From: Fastidiosibacter lacustris
GTDB lineage: Bacteria; Pseudomonadota; Gammaproteobacteria; Francisellales; Francisellaceae
Reading direction: 5' to 3'
Assembly: GCF_003428155.1 (NCBI RefSeq)
Contig: NZ_QLIR01000011.1
Location: 35,396-67,395, forward strand
Length of the DNA stretch: 32,000 nucleotides
The position numbers and the translations under genes are program-made. Below, piece after piece: positions 30,846-32,000 of the stretch; position 1 is the stretch's first letter; each line of letters starts with the position of its first letter. The notes beneath the pieces are model-generated. The model saw nothing but the letters and a program-made list of their open reading frames with translations, searched no databases and was not told the origin of the DNA.

Positions 30846-32000
30846 TTATTTTTGACACTCTTGGTGATTTGGATTCCATATAATTTCATCGGTATTAAAA
30901 TTCATAAAGGCTTCCTGATGGAAATCATATGCTGACGAGGGTTCCTTATTACGACAAATAATCACAGACTTAAGTTTAGTAGGATCAATCTGATAAAAAG
31001 CTTGGTTACCAATCGTTGTAACACTATTTGGGATGACCACTGAAGTAAGCGGAGCCGCAGCAAAAGCCTCATCTCCAATAAATGTAACTTTATTAGGTAT
31101 TTTGATTGAAGTTAGGAATTTAGTCGAAAAAGCATAACTTTCAATCCTTTTAACGCTATCAGGTATCTTAACCGAAGCTAGTCTTGTGTTACCAAATAGA
31201 GATGAGCTGATAATTGTAATACCCTCAGGTAAGATAGCTGAAGTTAGCTGTACACCATAGAAAAAAGCAAGAGGTCCAATATCTGTTACACTATTAGGTA
31301 TAATTACTGTGGATAGCGTAGTGTTATAGTAAAAAGCTGCCTGACCAATTTTTCTCACACTCGCTGGGATCACAACAGAGGTTAGTCTATTCTCAAAAGC
31401 AGATGTACTAATTTCTGTTACACCATAGGGAATCACGACATCGGTTAGTGACCCTATATAATTGCTTAGAACGCCATTTTGAATAGTCATACCATCTGTA
31501 TTGTGAACTTGGATAGAAGTATAGAAGTGCTCTACTGTGCCATTTTTATCTTTAACGTCTATTCTAATTTTATGTTCACCCAGCTTAGTATTTGCCGTTG
31601 GTTTAAGTTTTATTGTTATATAGTTTTGATTTTGAGCACTCTCAAGTGTGACCCCAACAGAATTGTTTTGAGTTTCATCCGTTACTGTAATGGTGGGATC
31701 AGTAAAAGAACGGGTATACAGCTTAATCGTTGCTAGTTTAGCAAGATCGTTTACATCTACTGATCTGCCTTGTGTATTATCGATTGTGTCATAATAATAG
31801 ACAACGTCTTTGTATACTACTTCGCCATTACTCTTAATCGTAAAATCAGCAATGCTGTTTGATGCTAATAAATGCATTGAAGAATCCTTAAAACTGATAC
31901 TGCATGGCTCTTGATCAAGTAATGATTGACAGTTCACGCCAGTAAGTTCAGATTCACCTATTGTGAATGTAAGGTTCTCTAAATCACGCCCTGATACATT
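30846..32000 (-). CDS. Leucine-rich repeat protein, BspA/TpLRR (LRR_5) type; 5' end beyond window
   Basis: Seven LxxVxIPxxVxxIxxxAF-type units after an Ig/cadherin-like region (TITVTDE...LGEHKIRIDVKDKNG). Frame stays open from 31937 to 32000 (NVSGRDLENLTFTIGESELTG), so the track's start is internal. Confidence 0.85.
   Translation of the reverse strand, partial: NVSGRDLENLTFTIGESELTGVNCQSLLDQEPCSISFKDSSMHLLASNSIADFTIKSNGEVVYKDVVYYYDTIDNTQGRSVDVNDLAKLATIKLYTRSFTDPTITVTDETQNNSVGVTLESAQNQNYITIKLKPTANTKLGEHKIRIDVKDKNGTVEHFYTSIQVHNTDGMTIQNGVLSNYIGSLTDVVIPYGVTEISTSAFENRLTSVVIPASVRKIGQAAFYYNTTLSTVIIPNSVTDIGPLAFFYGVQLTSAILPEGITIISSSLFGNTRLASVKIPDSVKRIESYAFSTKFLTSIKIPNKVTFIGDEAFAAAPLTSVVIPNSVTTIGNQAFYQIDPTKLKSVIICRNKEPSSAYDFHQEAFMNFNTDEIIWNPNHQECQK
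30957..31448 (-). repeat. Tandem ~21-25 aa leucine-rich repeats within the LRR protein
   Basis: LTDVVIPYGVTEISTSAFENR / LTSVVIPASVRKIGQAAFYYNTT / LSTVIIPNSVTDIGPLAFFYGVQ / LTSAILPEGITIISSSLFGNTR / LASVKIPDSVKRIESYAFSTKF / LTSIKIPNKVTFIGDEAFAAAP / LTSVVIPNSVTTIGNQAFYQIDPTK. Confidence 0.88.

Noticed and set aside
30957-31448. CRISPR-like or DNA-level tandem repeat
   Set aside because: Periodicity is at protein level (22-25 aa LRR units) with divergent nucleotide sequence and no constant direct repeats with spacers.
31479-31736. 85 aa plus-strand ORF inside the LRR gene
   Set aside because: Antisense to the in-frame LRR/Ig-like protein; no start-site or family evidence.

Overview
AT-rich, gene-dense window that looks gammaproteobacterial. 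The genus cannot be assigned from sequence alone. Most of it is housekeeping: pyrG, a YciI-like protein, purL, an ABC-F protein (uup), a CBS-domain protein, fumC, dacB (PBP4), folB overlapping a fused folK-folP, an ABC-2 exporter pair, glutamine-dependent nadE, an MFS transporter, pheS-pheT and metK. The notable locus is a tightly overlapping six-gene minus-strand operon (22147-29191). It encodes a membrane complex of the complex I / group 4 hydrogenase superfamily (HyfB-, HyfC-, HyfE-, HyfF-, HyfG- and HyfI-like). Its large subunit has no cysteines at the positions that normally ligate NiFe, while the small subunit keeps its Fe-S cysteines. No ferredoxin-type (HyfA/HyfH) subunit and no hyp maturation gene lies in the window. 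This fits an energy-converting-hydrogenase-related (Ehr-like) complex of unknown function. Secondary items are a probable decayed gene after nadE, a partial BspA/TpLRR-type leucine-rich repeat surface protein at the right edge, and several small inverted repeats or candidate promoters.
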